Made by a program: the position numbers and the translations under genes. Positions 9,859 to 20,510 of a stretch of DNA of 64,000 nt are shown piece after piece. This DNA is from Candidatus Altimarinota bacterium (GTDB lineage: Bacteria; Patescibacteriota; Gracilibacteria; CAIRYL01; GCA-016699755): positions 57,467-121,466 of the forward strand of contig JBGSOV010000020.1 in NCBI GenBank assembly GCA_041738935.1, given 5' to 3'. Under the pieces are notes generated by a model, which made no database searches, was not told the DNA's origin, and saw nothing but the letters and a program-made list of their open reading frames with translations. Position 1 is the first letter of the stretch; each line of letters starts with the position of its first letter.

Positions 9859-12093
9859 TTATTCTTTGCCGCCAAAGATTTGCACTATGGTGAGCTGCCC
9901 TGCTGTTTTGCGTTCCCAACAAAACCCAAAACCGACAGTGTCAAAATCGGGTGAGATGATGAGTTCGCGATGAACTGGCGAACGCATCAGACTTTCGTGT
10001 GCACTTTGAATGCTGCTGCTCTCGGCAAGATTTTCGCCGATACTGACATCAATATTATATGTCTCCATCAAATCTCCCGCTGTTTTGCCATCTGGCGTTA
10101 CGTGTCCAAAATATTTGCGCTCGCACATGTCGTCTGCCCGCGCTTTTGCCAAATTGGCGACACGTGAATCAATTTTAAACAGATTTAACTTGCGTGTCGC
10201 GCGCTCGCGGTTGATATAGCGCAGCATTTCTTCAGATAATTTGGCATTGTCCAACTCTGCTTCGGTAAGCTGGTCGGACAAACGGAGGTCAAAATAATCC
10301 GGGATAATGGGCAAACTTCCTTTCGAAACCGTGCCTCCGACGAAGAGACTGAGCATGTCTTTGCGATTGATTTCGACCAAGTAGGTTCCGGCTTGTTCCG
10401 CCACAAAACTGGCAGCAAAGTCTTTACCATCCACTTGTAATGGCACATTAATAATCTGCTCGTCAGGTGCAATCAGCACCATTTCACTTGCGAGAGATTC
10501 GTCGCTGGTGCCAAAAATACCAACGATCTCGCCCGGAACAAATTCTTCCGCGAGATGAACATCGGTCAAATTGTTATCACGACGCGAAATATGTTCTGCA
10601 GCCACAAAAGTTTCTTTTCCACCAAAAGCCCAATCCGTCTGGCGATCAAGCGCATTTGCGCCGGCACTCGCTCCCCAAAGGCTAATGGTAAATTCGCCGA
10701 CAGTGAAATCCAAAAAATCGCTGAGCGGCATCATCATTTTTGATTCTCCAAAAACATAATATTCTTTGCGGAGTTCTTTTTGTTCAAAAACAATCCGAAA
10801 CAAATCATTATCATTTTTTTCCCACACGATACTCGGCATTCCATCATTGATTTCGGAATGCAAATTGCTGGGCGCATTTGTTTCGACGCCAAAAGTTGGC
10901 TCGCATTCTGGTCTGACCACGGTGATTTCGGCGACTTTGGCGCTCCCTGATGTACCAGGATAAACGGAAAGAGAATAGCTTCCTGCTTCGGAGAAGAGGA
11001 CAGGAATGCGAAAAACACCGTCTTGCACATCGCCAACAAAAGACTGCAAGTTACTCGGATCAGATTTTGGCGAAAAGAATACCATCGCCTTTTTGGGTAA
11101 GGGTTTTTTTTGAATAACACCAGTAATCAGAGAGATTTCTCCGGCGAGAAACTGCTTTGGCAGCGGCTTACCAAGAGTAACATTTGCATAAAAATCTTTG
11201 GGATATGTTCCGGTATCGATGGCGAACTTGCATGTGGCGTCTTCGGCTATCGACTGCGACAGATTGGGAATTTCTGTAGTCGAGTTTTGGAGTGCTAGGA
11301 CTAATTGCTCCCAGTATTCAGGGTCAAAATCAGCAGATTTTTCGAGCGCGCTTTTTGCCTGATCAACGCCGTAGGCAAACATTTTTCCGCTGGAATCGAG
11401 ATCTTGCACTTTGGCGAATAACTTTTGGGCTTCTGGCAACTGATTACTTTTGAGAAGCACTGCAGCGCGTTCGGCAAGCATCTTGGCATATTGCTCATCT
11501 TCACTGGGTGCCTCAGCAGGAGGAGTTGGCGTAATTGTCGGCGCAGGCGAATTGTTGACCTTTGGAGCGAGTGAAGCTTTTGCTTTTGGTGTTGGCTTCG
11601 TGTTTTTGAGCGGCGGATGTTTTTCGTCATTTTGAGTGGGAGGTGGCAACGCGATCTCTGGAAGCAGCGGAGGCGCTTCGGGCGTTTCGCCAGCTTCGAT
11701 GATTTGTAGATATTTTTGCGCTTTGGCATTACCAGCATTCAGCTCCACAGCTTTGCGCAGCAGTTTTTGTGCTGCTACAATGTCATTTTCACGCAACTTG
11801 CCTTCGGCGTATCCGACCAATAGTGAAGCGTAGACTGGATCAGCAGCAGGTTCTTTGTTGCTTTCGTCATCATCAGGCAGCGCAGTGTACGTTGGAGAAG
11901 TCGCGAGCGGTTCTTCTGCCGTGTTGTCTGGTTGAGGATCAACGGTCTGCTCTGTTGCAAGTGGAAGAACAATCGGTTCGGGTTGTTGCCAAAAAAGCAG
12001 CGCGTCAAATCCTCGCGTAAAACTAACAAAACCAATACCAAGCACGGTTACGCAGCACAAGAACGAAATGGAATAGAGATATTTTTTTTTCAT
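9859..12093 (-). CDS. Exported CAP (SCP)-domain protein with Pro-rich linker, TPR-like helices and beta-rich middle domains
   Basis: N-terminal signal/TM segment; C-terminal INRER...YFGH...GENLA...LMRSPVHRELI...VGFG. Confidence 0.85.
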   Translation of the reverse strand: MKKKYLYSISFLCCVTVLGIGFVSFTRGFDALLFWQQPEPIVLPLATEQTVDPQPDNTAEEPLATSPTYTALPDDDESNKEPAADPVYASLLVGYAEGKLRENDIVAAQKLLRKAVELNAGNAKAQKYLQIIEAGETPEAPPLLPEIALPPPTQNDEKHPPLKNTKPTPKAKASLAPKVNNSPAPTITPTPPAEAPSEDEQYAKMLAERAAVLLKSNQLPEAQKLFAKVQDLDSSGKMFAYGVDQAKSALEKSADFDPEYWEQLVLALQNSTTEIPNLSQSIAEDATCKFAIDTGTYPKDFYANVTLGKPLPKQFLAGEISLITGVIQKKPLPKKAMVFFSPKSDPSNLQSFVGDVQDGVFRIPVLFSEAGSYSLSVYPGTSGSAKVAEITVVRPECEPTFGVETNAPSNLHSEINDGMPSIVWEKNDNDLFRIVFEQKELRKEYYVFGESKMMMPLSDFLDFTVGEFTISLWGASAGANALDRQTDWAFGGKETFVAAEHISRRDNNLTDVHLAEEFVPGEIVGIFGTSDESLASEMVLIAPDEQIINVPLQVDGKDFAASFVAEQAGTYLVEINRKDMLSLFVGGTVSKGSLPIIPDYFDLRLSDQLTEAELDNAKLSEEMLRYINRERATRKLNLFKIDSRVANLAKARADDMCERKYFGHVTPDGKTAGDLMETYNIDVSIGENLAESSSIQSAHESLMRSPVHRELIISPDFDTVGFGFCWERKTAGQLTIVQIFGGKE

Positions 12094-12270
12094 GCCAAAG
12101 CGAAGGAGTTTGCGTAATTATATTATTATACATTTTTGTATGTAATAGTCAATGTTTTGCGACATCTTGTATATATCAACGCAACAAAAAAAGCAGTTTC
12201 GTTTTTCGGAACAAATACGTACAATCAGCAGCAAAATCACCCTGCAAAAGTCGCACCTCTTGCCTCGCTT

Positions 12271-14604
12271 ATGCCAGATAAAAAACCCGATCCACTCGAA
12301 AAACTGCGCAAAAAGTCTGCCACGCTTCCCACAGAGCCTGGCATTTACCGTTTTTTTGATGATACGGGAAAACTGCTCTATGTCGGCAAAGCCAAGCAAC
12401 TGCGAAATCGGGTAAAAAGTTATTTTCACAAAAGTGCAGATCATGCTTCCAAAACCATTCGCATGTTGCAAAAAATCCACTCGCTCGACTGGGTCACTAC
12501 TCGCAGCGAGATCGAAGCGCTCGTACTCGAAGCAAATCTGATTCACGAACATCGTCCGCAATACAACGTGCTTCTGCGCGATGACAAGCATTTTTTGTAC
12601 CTAAAAATTAGTAAAGAACCTTTTCCTATCGTCAGTTTTGTGCGCCAAATCGACAAAGACAAAGCCACTTATTTTGGACCATATGCAAAGGCAAGCGAAG
12701 TGCGCAAAACCGTCGATTTTTTGCGCGAAGTCTTACGCTTTCGCAATTGTCGCGTCGAAATTTCTGCCGAAGGAAAGACAATTCGCAATCCCGAAAATCG
12801 CAAAATCCCCTGCCTCGATTATCAGATCAATCGCTGCACAGCGCCTTGTGATGGCAGAATTAGTCAAGAAGAGTATGCCGAAGACATTCGACAGCTGACG
12901 CAATTTTTGCGAGGAGATACCATTCCAGTTAAAAAAAAGTTGCAGCAAGAAATGATGCTTGCCGCCGAAAAAAGAGAATTTGAGCGCGCGGCACGCTTTC
13001 GTGATTTGCTCAAATCAATCGAATGGGTTGACGCAAAGCAATCTGCCAGCATTCCAGAAGATTTTTCGGCAGATGTTATCGGCATGGCTTTTGGTGAAGC
13101 CAAAAGTTTTTTCCATGTACTTTTTGTGCGCCACGGCAAAGTCTTGCGCTCGGAGAATTTTTCGCTCCCGAGTGCAGCGACAGCCGAAGAAACGTTTTTA
13201 GCTTTCTTGCGTGATCACTTTGCATTTTTCCCCGATGTTCCGCAGATTACGCTCGTGTCCGATATTTTTCCGGAAGACGATCAAAATCTCTGGGAAGAAT
13301 TCGCCACCCATATCACGAGTAAACAAACCGAGATTCGGATTCCCAAGCGCGGTATCAAGCGCGAACTGCTCGAGCTCGCCGAAAAAAATGCCAAATTGCA
13401 GGCTGCCAATTCGAAAGCAAGTTTTGAAGAAGATGTACTGGGTCGTCTGCAAAAAGCGCTCGACTTGCCCCGACGACCAGAGCGAATCGAATGCTATGAT
13501 ATTTCGCATTTGTCCGGAACGCATCCCGTGGGATCGCGCGTGGTTTTTACCGATGGCAAGCCGGATAAAAACGAATACCGCAAATATAAAATGAAAACAT
13601 TACCACCAGGAAAGATTGATGATTTTGCCGCGATGCGAGAACTACTCGGCAGGCGTCTCAAACGCCTAGAACGTGGCTCGGAGATTTTGCAAACCGAAAT
13701 AGTCACTGACGAAAATGCGCTTGCGGAAATCGAAGCACTGCTCGATAAAGAGGGTTTGCTCACTGGATTACCCTTCGAACAACAATTTGCCTTTCGTGAA
13801 ACTATTACTGGAGAAATAGTTGGTTATGCGCGCACCAGACGCTGGGGACGCGCTATCGAAATCGGTGGCGTGTTGGTATTACCCGAGTTTCAAGCAAGTG
13901 GTATGGGCACCGAAATCGTTAAGTCTCTCGTACTTGCTTCCACCGAAAAATGCGTACGTTTGCTGGCAAGGCGCAAAAAAATCCGTTGGGTCATCGCTCT
14001 CAAATCGATTGGTTTTGTCGAAGAAAAAAAGCCACCCAAAGCATTTCGCGAATTGTGTGAGCAAAAAATGCAAGAAGGTGGCATCGAGCGTTTTACACTG
14101 AAAATCAGTCCGAACAGTCTGCGGCAAGCGGTGAATAAAGTGCCAGACCTGCTCGTGATTGATGGTGGCAAAGGTCAACTTTCGGCAGTCGTCGCAGTAT
14201 TGAGAAAAATGAATCTTTTTCGTAAAATTCCGGTTTGCTCTTTGGCAAAAAAAGAAGAGCAGATTTTTATTCCTGGTAATCCTGAGCCGCTGCCAATTGC
14301 CAAAAATTCGTCCGAAAACGAACTTCTTCAACAGATTCGTGACGATGCCCATCGCTTTGCGATTTCATTTAACAAAAGCTTACGCAAAAAAGCCGAAATC
14401 ACTTCGATTTTGGATGAAGTCAAAGGACTTGGTAAAGAAAACAAAAAAGTGCTTCTCAGCGAATTTGGAAGTGCGAGTGGTATTTTTGCAGCAAGTGATC
14501 GCCATCTCTTGCAACATGTCTCACCAACAGTCTTGCGCAACTTACGCATCGTCGCGCATCAACAAAAGCAAGTGGATGAAAACGAAACGAATATCAACCA
14601 GTAA
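12271..14604 (+). CDS. uvrC: Excinuclease ABC subunit C with an inserted GNAT-like domain
   Basis: GIY-YIG (PGIYRF, LYVGKAKQLRNRV), Cys-rich region, UVR (FERAARFRD), RNase H-like (IECYDISH, DDFAAM, PDLLVIDGGKGQL, IRDDAHRFA), HhH; ATG 12271 chosen as start. Confidence 0.95.
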   Translation: MPDKKPDPLEKLRKKSATLPTEPGIYRFFDDTGKLLYVGKAKQLRNRVKSYFHKSADHASKTIRMLQKIHSLDWVTTRSEIEALVLEANLIHEHRPQYNVLLRDDKHFLYLKISKEPFPIVSFVRQIDKDKATYFGPYAKASEVRKTVDFLREVLRFRNCRVEISAEGKTIRNPENRKIPCLDYQINRCTAPCDGRISQEEYAEDIRQLTQFLRGDTIPVKKKLQQEMMLAAEKREFERAARFRDLLKSIEWVDAKQSASIPEDFSADVIGMAFGEAKSFFHVLFVRHGKVLRSENFSLPSAATAEETFLAFLRDHFAFFPDVPQITLVSDIFPEDDQNLWEEFATHITSKQTEIRIPKRGIKRELLELAEKNAKLQAANSKASFEEDVLGRLQKALDLPRRPERIECYDISHLSGTHPVGSRVVFTDGKPDKNEYRKYKMKTLPPGKIDDFAAMRELLGRRLKRLERGSEILQTEIVTDENALAEIEALLDKEGLLTGLPFEQQFAFRETITGEIVGYARTRRWGRAIEIGGVLVLPEFQASGMGTEIVKSLVLASTEKCVRLLARRKKIRWVIALKSIGFVEEKKPPKAFRELCEQKMQEGGIERFTLKISPNSLRQAVNKVPDLLVIDGGKGQLSAVVAVLRKMNLFRKIPVCSLAKKEEQIFIPGNPEPLPIAKNSSENELLQQIRDDAHRFAISFNKSLRKKAEITSILDEVKGLGKENKKVLLSEFGSASGIFAASDRHLLQHVSPTVLRNLRIVAHQQKQVDENETNINQ

Positions 14605-15502
14605 GCCAGCGCAAAGTGTCAACAAATGGAATCACGATAGCGAGACAAACCGAACTCGCGAAGATAGCAAACGCTGGTGGATCGATGTGCGTATCACCCC
14701 GATTATAAAACAGGCGCGCGCCTAATTCGCCGAATAAAGCGCCAATGACACCAAATATCACACCAAAAATTAGCGAATCACCGATTCCTGCTGCGAGACT
14801 CGCAGGAAGTACAATATGGTGCATCACCGGAACATGATTGCCAAATTGCAAAAAGAGCAAAGAAAAAGCGGCAATACCAAACATTAAATATGGCATTTCG
14901 GTAATAATTGCGACTTGCGATGAAATGAGTCCCAAAATCGCTCCTAAAAAAGTAATGCTCAGCCAATCTGATTCCCACGGCAGCCAAATGCCGAGCTTTT
15001 TGTCACCTTGAGCGGCTTTGGTAAATTGAGTTTTAGTATTGACGACCGCTCGGTCAGAAAAAAGAATTCGCGCAACGACGCCAGAAAAAAAGACAGTGGC
15101 AGCGATAGTATCGATTTGTGGTATCGAAAGTGGAATTAAGGAGATGAAGATTTGATTAAGGCAAAAGCCAAAAACTCCAAATAATCCACCAATGAGTAGT
15201 GGTTCGGTGTTTTTTTCAAAAATCAGTGGCGTAATAATATCGCGTCCATTTGAAGAGTGAAGTTTTTTACGCGCGGCAAAAGCACTTGCGGCAACGCCGC
15301 CAGCAAAGGCAACATGCGGACCGAAGATATTACCAAAGGCAAGTTGGGTAAGAATCACGTCGCTTCCCGTTGCGACGGCGACAATGCTTCCAATGACAAC
15401 TAAGATGCCAAACAGGATAAAAGCAGGCAGCGCACCAAAAGCAGCGCCAAAAGCTCCTCCACAAAATGCCAATCCGATCAAGCTGATGTATTCGTTTCCC
15501 AT
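14594..15502 (-). CDS. Gly-rich polytopic membrane protein, putative permease
   Basis: About 9-10 hydrophobic segments; FGPHVAFAGGVAA, PVMHHIVLPA and THIDPPA motifs; ATG 15502 chosen as start. Confidence 0.7.
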   Translation of the reverse strand: MGNEYISLIGLAFCGGAFGAAFGALPAFILFGILVVIGSIVAVATGSDVILTQLAFGNIFGPHVAFAGGVAASAFAARKKLHSSNGRDIITPLIFEKNTEPLLIGGLFGVFGFCLNQIFISLIPLSIPQIDTIAATVFFSGVVARILFSDRAVVNTKTQFTKAAQGDKKLGIWLPWESDWLSITFLGAILGLISSQVAIITEMPYLMFGIAAFSLLFLQFGNHVPVMHHIVLPASLAAGIGDSLIFGVIFGVIGALFGELGARLFYNRGDTHIDPPAFAIFASSVCLAIVIPFVDTLRWLTG

Positions 15503-15638
15503 AGTTTTTTGTTTTAATCTTCTTATATTATACAATTTATTATGGCAGTAAAGCAAGTCTTTGGATTGACTTTGAGAAGCCAAAAAGCTAAAATTGAACT
15601 GTCAAAAAGTCAAATAAATTTATCTCTGTCCCCCCCGC

Positions 15639-17891
15639 ATGAAAAAAACACAACCTCATTTTGCGAGCGGCATCTGGCAAACCGAAATCGATGTCCGCGA
15701 TTTTATTCAGAAGAATTATACACCGTATGAAGAGAACGGTGATTTTTTGGCAAGTACGACCAAGCGCACCACAACTGTCTGGAAAAAACTAAGTGAGACG
15801 ATTCACAAAGAACATGCCGCTGGCGGCGTACTCGACGTCGACACCAAAACCCCATCGACCATTACGAGCCATGCTCCCGGATATATCGATCAGAAGAACG
15901 AACTAATCGTAGGAATCCAAACCGACAAGCCGCTCAAGCGGGCAATCAAACCCAAGGGCGGCGTGCGACTTGTCGAATATGCCTGCGAAGCCTACGGTTA
16001 CAAACTCGACCCCAAAGTCACAGAGATTTTTACTAAGTATCGCAAAACCCATAATGACGGCGTTTTTGATATATACAAAGATTGGGAAGATTTTCGCACA
16101 CCAGACGGTAAACTGCTACGCAAAGTAGGAATTATCACTGGACTACCGGATAATTATGGTCGCGGTAGAATCATTGGTGATTATCGTCGCGTCGCGCTCT
16201 ATGGCATCGATCGCTTGATCAAAGATCGTCAGGAATATATGAACACCTATCTGACGGAAATGACTGGCGAGCAAATTGCCATTCGCGAAGAAGTTGCTGA
16301 GCAAATCCGGTCGCTTAAGGAAATACAACAGATGGCGAGCAGTTATGGGAGTGATATTTCCCGTCCTGCAGAAAGTTTTCGCGAGGCGGTACAATGGACA
16401 TATTTTGCCTATCTTGCCGCGGTAAAAAGTCAGGACGGCGCCGCAATGAGTTTTGGGAGAATTGATGCCTTTTTGGACATTTATGCCGAGCGAGATCTAA
16501 AAAATGGCACGCTGGACGAAAGCGGAGTGCAGGAGATCATCGATGATTTTGTGATGAAACTGCGCATTGTGCGGCATTTGCGCCCGACGGAATATAATGA
16601 GCTGTTCGCCGGCGATCCGACCTGGGTCACGTGCCTCATCGGTGGACAAGGCGTAGATGGCAGAACACTCGTGACGAAAACGACGTTTCGTCTGCTCCAT
16701 ACCCTCAAGAACCTCGGACCTGCACCAGAACCGAATATCACGGTCGCATGGTCAACGGCATTGCCGAAAAATTTTAAGAAATATGCTTCGCAAATGGCGA
16801 TCGACACCTGCGCGATCCAGTTTGAAAACGATGACCTGATGCGTCCGCGCTACGGTGATGATTACGCGATCGCTTGCTGCGTCTCGGCGATGACGGTCGG
16901 CAAACAGATGCAGTTTTTCGGCGCACGATGCAACATGCCAAAACTGCTTTTGATGACGATCAACGAAGGAAAAGACGAATTCGATGGCAAGCCGATCGCC
17001 GCCGATGTGCCAAAACTCAAGCACAATACGACTCTCGATTATGACGAAGTCAAAGCGAATTTCTTCAAGCAGATGGATTGGCTCGCCAAGCGCTATGTCG
17101 GCACGATGAACACGATTCATTTTATGCACGACAAGTATAATTACGAAGACAGCCAAATGGCACTCCATGATGTCGATGTCGAGCGCGTAATGGCATTTGG
17201 TATCGCCGGAATCTCGGTCGTCGCAGATAGCTTGTCCGCCATCAAATATGGCAAGGTCAAAGCGATTCGAGATAAAGACGGCGTCGCGAGGAAATTTGAA
17301 ATCTCTGGAGATTTTCCGAAGTTCGGCAATGATGATGACCGCGTAGATAGCATTGCGATTGAAGTCGTGAAGGAATTTATTACTGCACTCAAAAAGCACA
17401 AGACCTATCGCAATGCCAAGCACACCCTCAGCCTCCTCACGATTACTGCCAATGTCGTCTACGGCGACCACACCGGCGCCACGCCCGATGGACGCAAAGC
17501 GCACGAAGCATTTGCTCCAGGAGCGAATCCGATGCACAATCGCGACAGTCACGGAGCGATCTCTTCACTCAATTCGGTCGCAAAAATCCCGTATGAGTAC
17601 TGCCAAGACGGCATTTCGAACACCTTCTCGATCGTGCCGAAAGGACTCGGCAAAACCGATCCGCAGCGCATCGACAATCTCAAAGCGCTCCTCGATGGCT
17701 ATTTTGCCAAAGGCGGCTTCCACTTGAATGTCAATGTGCTCAATCGCGAAACACTGCAAGACGCCATGAAGCATCCGGAAAAATATCCGCAATTGACAAT
17801 CCGCGTTTCCGGCTATGCGGTGCACTTTATCAACCTCAGCAAAAAGCAGCAGGAAGAAGTCATCGCCCGCACCTTCCATGAACGATTTTAG
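15639..17891 (+). CDS. pflB: Pyruvate formate-lyase
   Basis: Catalytic IACCVS, glycyl-radical loop [23 protein letters not shown]. Confidence 0.98.
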   Translation: MKKTQPHFASGIWQTEIDVRDFIQKNYTPYEENGDFLASTTKRTTTVWKKLSETIHKEHAAGGVLDVDTKTPSTITSHAPGYIDQKNELIVGIQTDKPLKRAIKPKGGVRLVEYACEAYGYKLDPKVTEIFTKYRKTHNDGVFDIYKDWEDFRTPDGKLLRKVGIITGLPDNYGRGRIIGDYRRVALYGIDRLIKDRQEYMNTYLTEMTGEQIAIREEVAEQIRSLKEIQQMASSYGSDISRPAESFREAVQWTYFAYLAAVKSQDGAAMSFGRIDAFLDIYAERDLKNGTLDESGVQEIIDDFVMKLRIVRHLRPTEYNELFAGDPTWVTCLIGGQGVDGRTLVTKTTFRLLHTLKNLGPAPEPNITVAWSTALPKNFKKYASQMAIDTCAIQFENDDLMRPRYGDDYAIACCVSAMTVGKQMQFFGARCNMPKLLLMTINEGKDEFDGKPIAADVPKLKHNTTLDYDEVKANFFKQMDWLAKRYVGTMNTIHFMHDKYNYEDSQMALHDVDVERVMAFGIAGISVVADSLSAIKYGKVKAIRDKDGVARKFEISGDFPKFGNDDDRVDSIAIEVVKEFITALKKHKTYRNAKHTLSLLTITANVVYGDHTGATPDGRKAHEAFAPGANPMHNRDSHGAISSLNSVAKIPYEYCQDGISNTFSIVPKGLGKTDPQRIDNLKALLDGYFAKGGFHLNVNVLNRETLQDAMKHPEKYPQLTIRVSGYAVHFINLSKKQQEEVIARTFHERF

Positions 17892-17894
17892 GGG

Positions 17895-17935
17895 GTCATT
17901 CCGGCTTCCACCACGGCGGACAAGTGAACGGAATC
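17895..17935. repeat. GTCATTCC...GGAATC REP-like palindromic element
   Basis: Same ends as GTCATTCCGGCTTGACCGGAATC at 47004-47026. Confidence 0.6.
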
Positions 17936-17994
17936 GGTAGGCTGAGAGGGTTTGTGCGATTCCTTCCCCCTGAGGGTGTTTGCGACAAAAAATC

Positions 17995-18092
17995 GATTTA
18001 CGATTCAAGATTCATGATTTAAGATTTTACGTAGAATCACCTGAGGTTAAAGTAGGATTCCTAAATCTTGCTTCTTAAATCCTGAATCCTTC
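17995..18092. repeat. Two inverted runs of degenerate heptamer tandem repeats
   Basis: GATTTAC GATTCAA GATTCAT GATTTAA..., then TTCCTAA ATCTTGC TTCTTAA ATCCTGA. Confidence 0.65.
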
Positions 18093-18122
18093 ATTAGAAA
18101 TCTTCCAACAAAATAGCGAACC

Positions 18123-18875
18123 ATGAGCAAAAATCAACAAAAGACACTCGGCAACATCCACTCTTTCGAATCCTTCGGGACGCTCGATGGTCCCGGAATT
18201 CGCTTTGTGGTCTTTCTCGCCGGTTGCCCACTCCGCTGTAAATATTGTCACAATATCGATGTCGTCTACGCAAAGAACGCGCCACAGATAACCGCGGAAG
18301 AACTCGTGCAAAAGATCCTCGTCAACAAACCATATTTTGATGCAAGTGGTGGAGGCGTCACAGTCAGCGGCGGCGATCCCGTCAGTCAGCCAGAGTTTCT
18401 GGTGGAATTTTTGCGGCTCTGCCAAGAACATAATCTTCATACTGCCGTCGATACTTCGCTGTGCGCACCGTCGCATGTCATCGAGCAGATCGCGGAATAT
18501 ACCGATTTGTTCCTCATCAGTCTCAAACATATGGATGACAAAATCCATCAATACTTGACCGGCGCCAGCAATCGACTGATTTTCCGAAATATCGAACAGC
18601 TCAGCAAAATGCAAAAACGCATCTGGTTCCGTCTCATCATTTTACCGGGATATACGGATACCAAGCAGAATCTGACAGAACTTACCGAGTACCTCAAAAC
18701 GGTGGATTTTGAACTGATCGAGCTGCTCCCCTATCACGAAATGGGCATCTACAAATGGAAAGAATTGGGTCTCGGGTATGACCTCAAAGATGTCTCGCCA
18801 CCGACTCCCAAGCAAATCGCGAAAGTAAAAAACTATTTGAGTGACGCTGGCTTTACCGTTGTGGTGAATGAGTAG
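18123..18875 (+). CDS. pflA: Pyruvate formate-lyase activating enzyme (radical SAM)
   Basis: ESFGTLDGPGIRFVVF, CPLRCKYCHN, GGVTVSGG, ELLPYH; lies next to pflB. Confidence 0.97.
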   Translation: MSKNQQKTLGNIHSFESFGTLDGPGIRFVVFLAGCPLRCKYCHNIDVVYAKNAPQITAEELVQKILVNKPYFDASGGGVTVSGGDPVSQPEFLVEFLRLCQEHNLHTAVDTSLCAPSHVIEQIAEYTDLFLISLKHMDDKIHQYLTGASNRLIFRNIEQLSKMQKRIWFRLIILPGYTDTKQNLTELTEYLKTVDFELIELLPYHEMGIYKWKELGLGYDLKDVSPPTPKQIAKVKNYLSDAGFTVVVNE

Positions 18876-18944
18876 CAGATTCTCGCTTAGTAATAGGGAG
18901 TTCAGATAAAATCGTGGTGGGTCGTTGAGTTATAGTAGCTACTT

Positions 18945-19442
18945 TTAAGAAACTTCTAATTTACTCAGCACTTCATTATCTCGCAAGAAATCTTGTATAT
19001 TCGCATCCATATCCCGAAGATCAGTTGCAAACTGATCCGACACCTTCCCGATTACCTTTCCTGTTTCATCTATTTGAGCAAGAGGCACAAGGAGAGTTTC
19101 AATATATTGCGAGATTTGACGTAGCCTAGGAGTTTTCGTATCGACCATTGCCATCATATAGAGATTGTAAAGTTTAGAGACCCAAAACCTATGAATGCAA
19201 TGAGTAGTTGCTGCAATTCGCATTGGCGCATCGGAATCACAATATCCATCTGGGTCGATAGCATCTTGAGCACCTTTGAGTAAGCGCTCCAAACGCTCAG
19301 CCAGATCGAGTTGAATCTCGTGGAGATCCTCATCTCTTCCTTCGGTTTTATTCGAATCTCTCCCTGTTGTAAATTTGTAAAGTTCTTCTGCCGTGAGACT
19401 CACAGTTTCATCAGCAATAACTTCTTTTACATTTTCAGACAT
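18945..19442 (-). CDS. Hypothetical protein (orphan)
   Basis: 165-aa ORF with its own TTGACA-16-TAAAAT promoter. Confidence 0.7.
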   Translation of the reverse strand: MSENVKEVIADETVSLTAEELYKFTTGRDSNKTEGRDEDLHEIQLDLAERLERLLKGAQDAIDPDGYCDSDAPMRIAATTHCIHRFWVSKLYNLYMMAMVDTKTPRLRQISQYIETLLVPLAQIDETGKVIGKVSDQFATDLRDMDANIQDFLRDNEVLSKLEVS

Positions 19443-19465
19443 AGTAATGTAATAAATATATTTTT

Positions 19466-19493
19466 ATTTTAAATTTAATATTATTTTTGTCAA
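19466..19493 (-). promoter_or_regulatory. Sigma70 promoter
   Basis: TTGACA-16bp-TAAAAT upstream of the ATG at 19442. Confidence 0.6.
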
Positions 19494-19575
19494 CTCCATT
19501 TCCAAAAAGCTGTTGCATTTTTTGCACCGAGGCATATTTTTGAAGTGGTTCTCCATTTCTTTTTCCCAAAATATT

Positions 19576-20151
19576 ATGAAAACCGCTACTCTCGACCCGC
19601 GCGAAAAAACCCAATCGCGTGAGGAACACGATGACAAAAAAGAACAAGAGCGACGACAGCAAAAAGAAGTTGAAGAAAAAAACCAGCAACAAGATGAAGA
19701 CAAGAAGTCGAGCGAAGAATCGAAGACGATTGATGCACTAAAGATCTTGCTCGGAAGCAGTTATGTCCTGCTTGTCAAAACGCATGGCTTCCATTGGAAT
19801 GTGACCGGCGAAATGTTTCAGCCGCTGCATGCACTCTTCGAAGAACAATACAACGACCTGTTTGAGGCGGTGGACACCATTGCCGAACAGATACGTGCAT
19901 TACAAGAGTTTGCTCCGGGGACGATTAAACAATTCACCGAAAAATCACTGATCAAAGATGCCAAAGATATTCCCGATGCCAAAGACATGATCAAAGAGTT
20001 GCTCCAAGACCACGAGACCTTGTCGGGAGCTTATCGCAAGGCGATCAGCATCGCGCAAGAAGAAGGAGACGAAGTCACTGCCGACCTTTTTATCGCCCGT
20101 TGCACCGTGCACGAAAAAACCGCTTGGATGCTGCGCAGTTTTGTAGCGTAA
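19576..20151 (+). CDS. dps: Dps DNA-protection/ferritin-like protein with a charged N-terminal tail
   Basis: HGFHWNVTG, LHALFEEQY, DTIAEQIRAL, HEKTAWMLRS. Confidence 0.95.
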   Translation: MKTATLDPREKTQSREEHDDKKEQERRQQKEVEEKNQQQDEDKKSSEESKTIDALKILLGSSYVLLVKTHGFHWNVTGEMFQPLHALFEEQYNDLFEAVDTIAEQIRALQEFAPGTIKQFTEKSLIKDAKDIPDAKDMIKELLQDHETLSGAYRKAISIAQEEGDEVTADLFIARCTVHEKTAWMLRSFVA

Positions 20152-20159
20152 AATTACTC

Positions 20160-20213
20160 TCCCCCTGTGAGATAGGAGCCTGTCCCGAGTTCTCGGGAGG
20201 AGCTTGAGGGGGT
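20160..20213. repeat. Composite TCCCCCT...GAGGGGGT repeat with a nested CCTGTCCCGA-TCGGGA hairpin
   Basis: Same architecture as 62363-62413. Confidence 0.75.
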
Positions 20214-20222
20214 CGAATTGAG

Positions 20223-20255
20223 AAAAAAGCAGCTCATTTCTGAGCTGCTTTTTTT
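20223..20255. terminator. Bidirectional intrinsic terminator
   Basis: AAAAAAGCAGCTCA-tttc-TGAGCTGCTTTTTT between convergent genes. Confidence 0.85.
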
Positions 20256-20276
20256 ATCTAACTATGATTTTAGAAC

Positions 20277-20510
20277 TTAAGCAGCTACCGCAGCATCAGA
20301 ACTTGGCGGATTGGATGCTTCAATTATTCCTGCAGGAATTTGACTTGTAGCAGCATCGGAAATCTCAATTATTTCAGCGCTTACTAGATGTGCAGGCTGT
20401 TGTGCCTCGAATTTTGGAGGAGTAAACGCTGGCGACAATTCGCGATCGCCTGAAAACAGATTTTTGAGATCATCCTTATGAAAAGGATTTTCACCAGCAC
20501 GATATCGCAT
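20277..20510 (-). CDS. Small hypothetical protein
   Basis: ORF ends at the bidirectional terminator. Confidence 0.5.
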   Translation of the reverse strand: MRYRAGENPFHKDDLKNLFSGDRELSPAFTPPKFEAQQPAHLVSAEIIEISDAATSQIPAGIIEASNPPSSDAAVAA

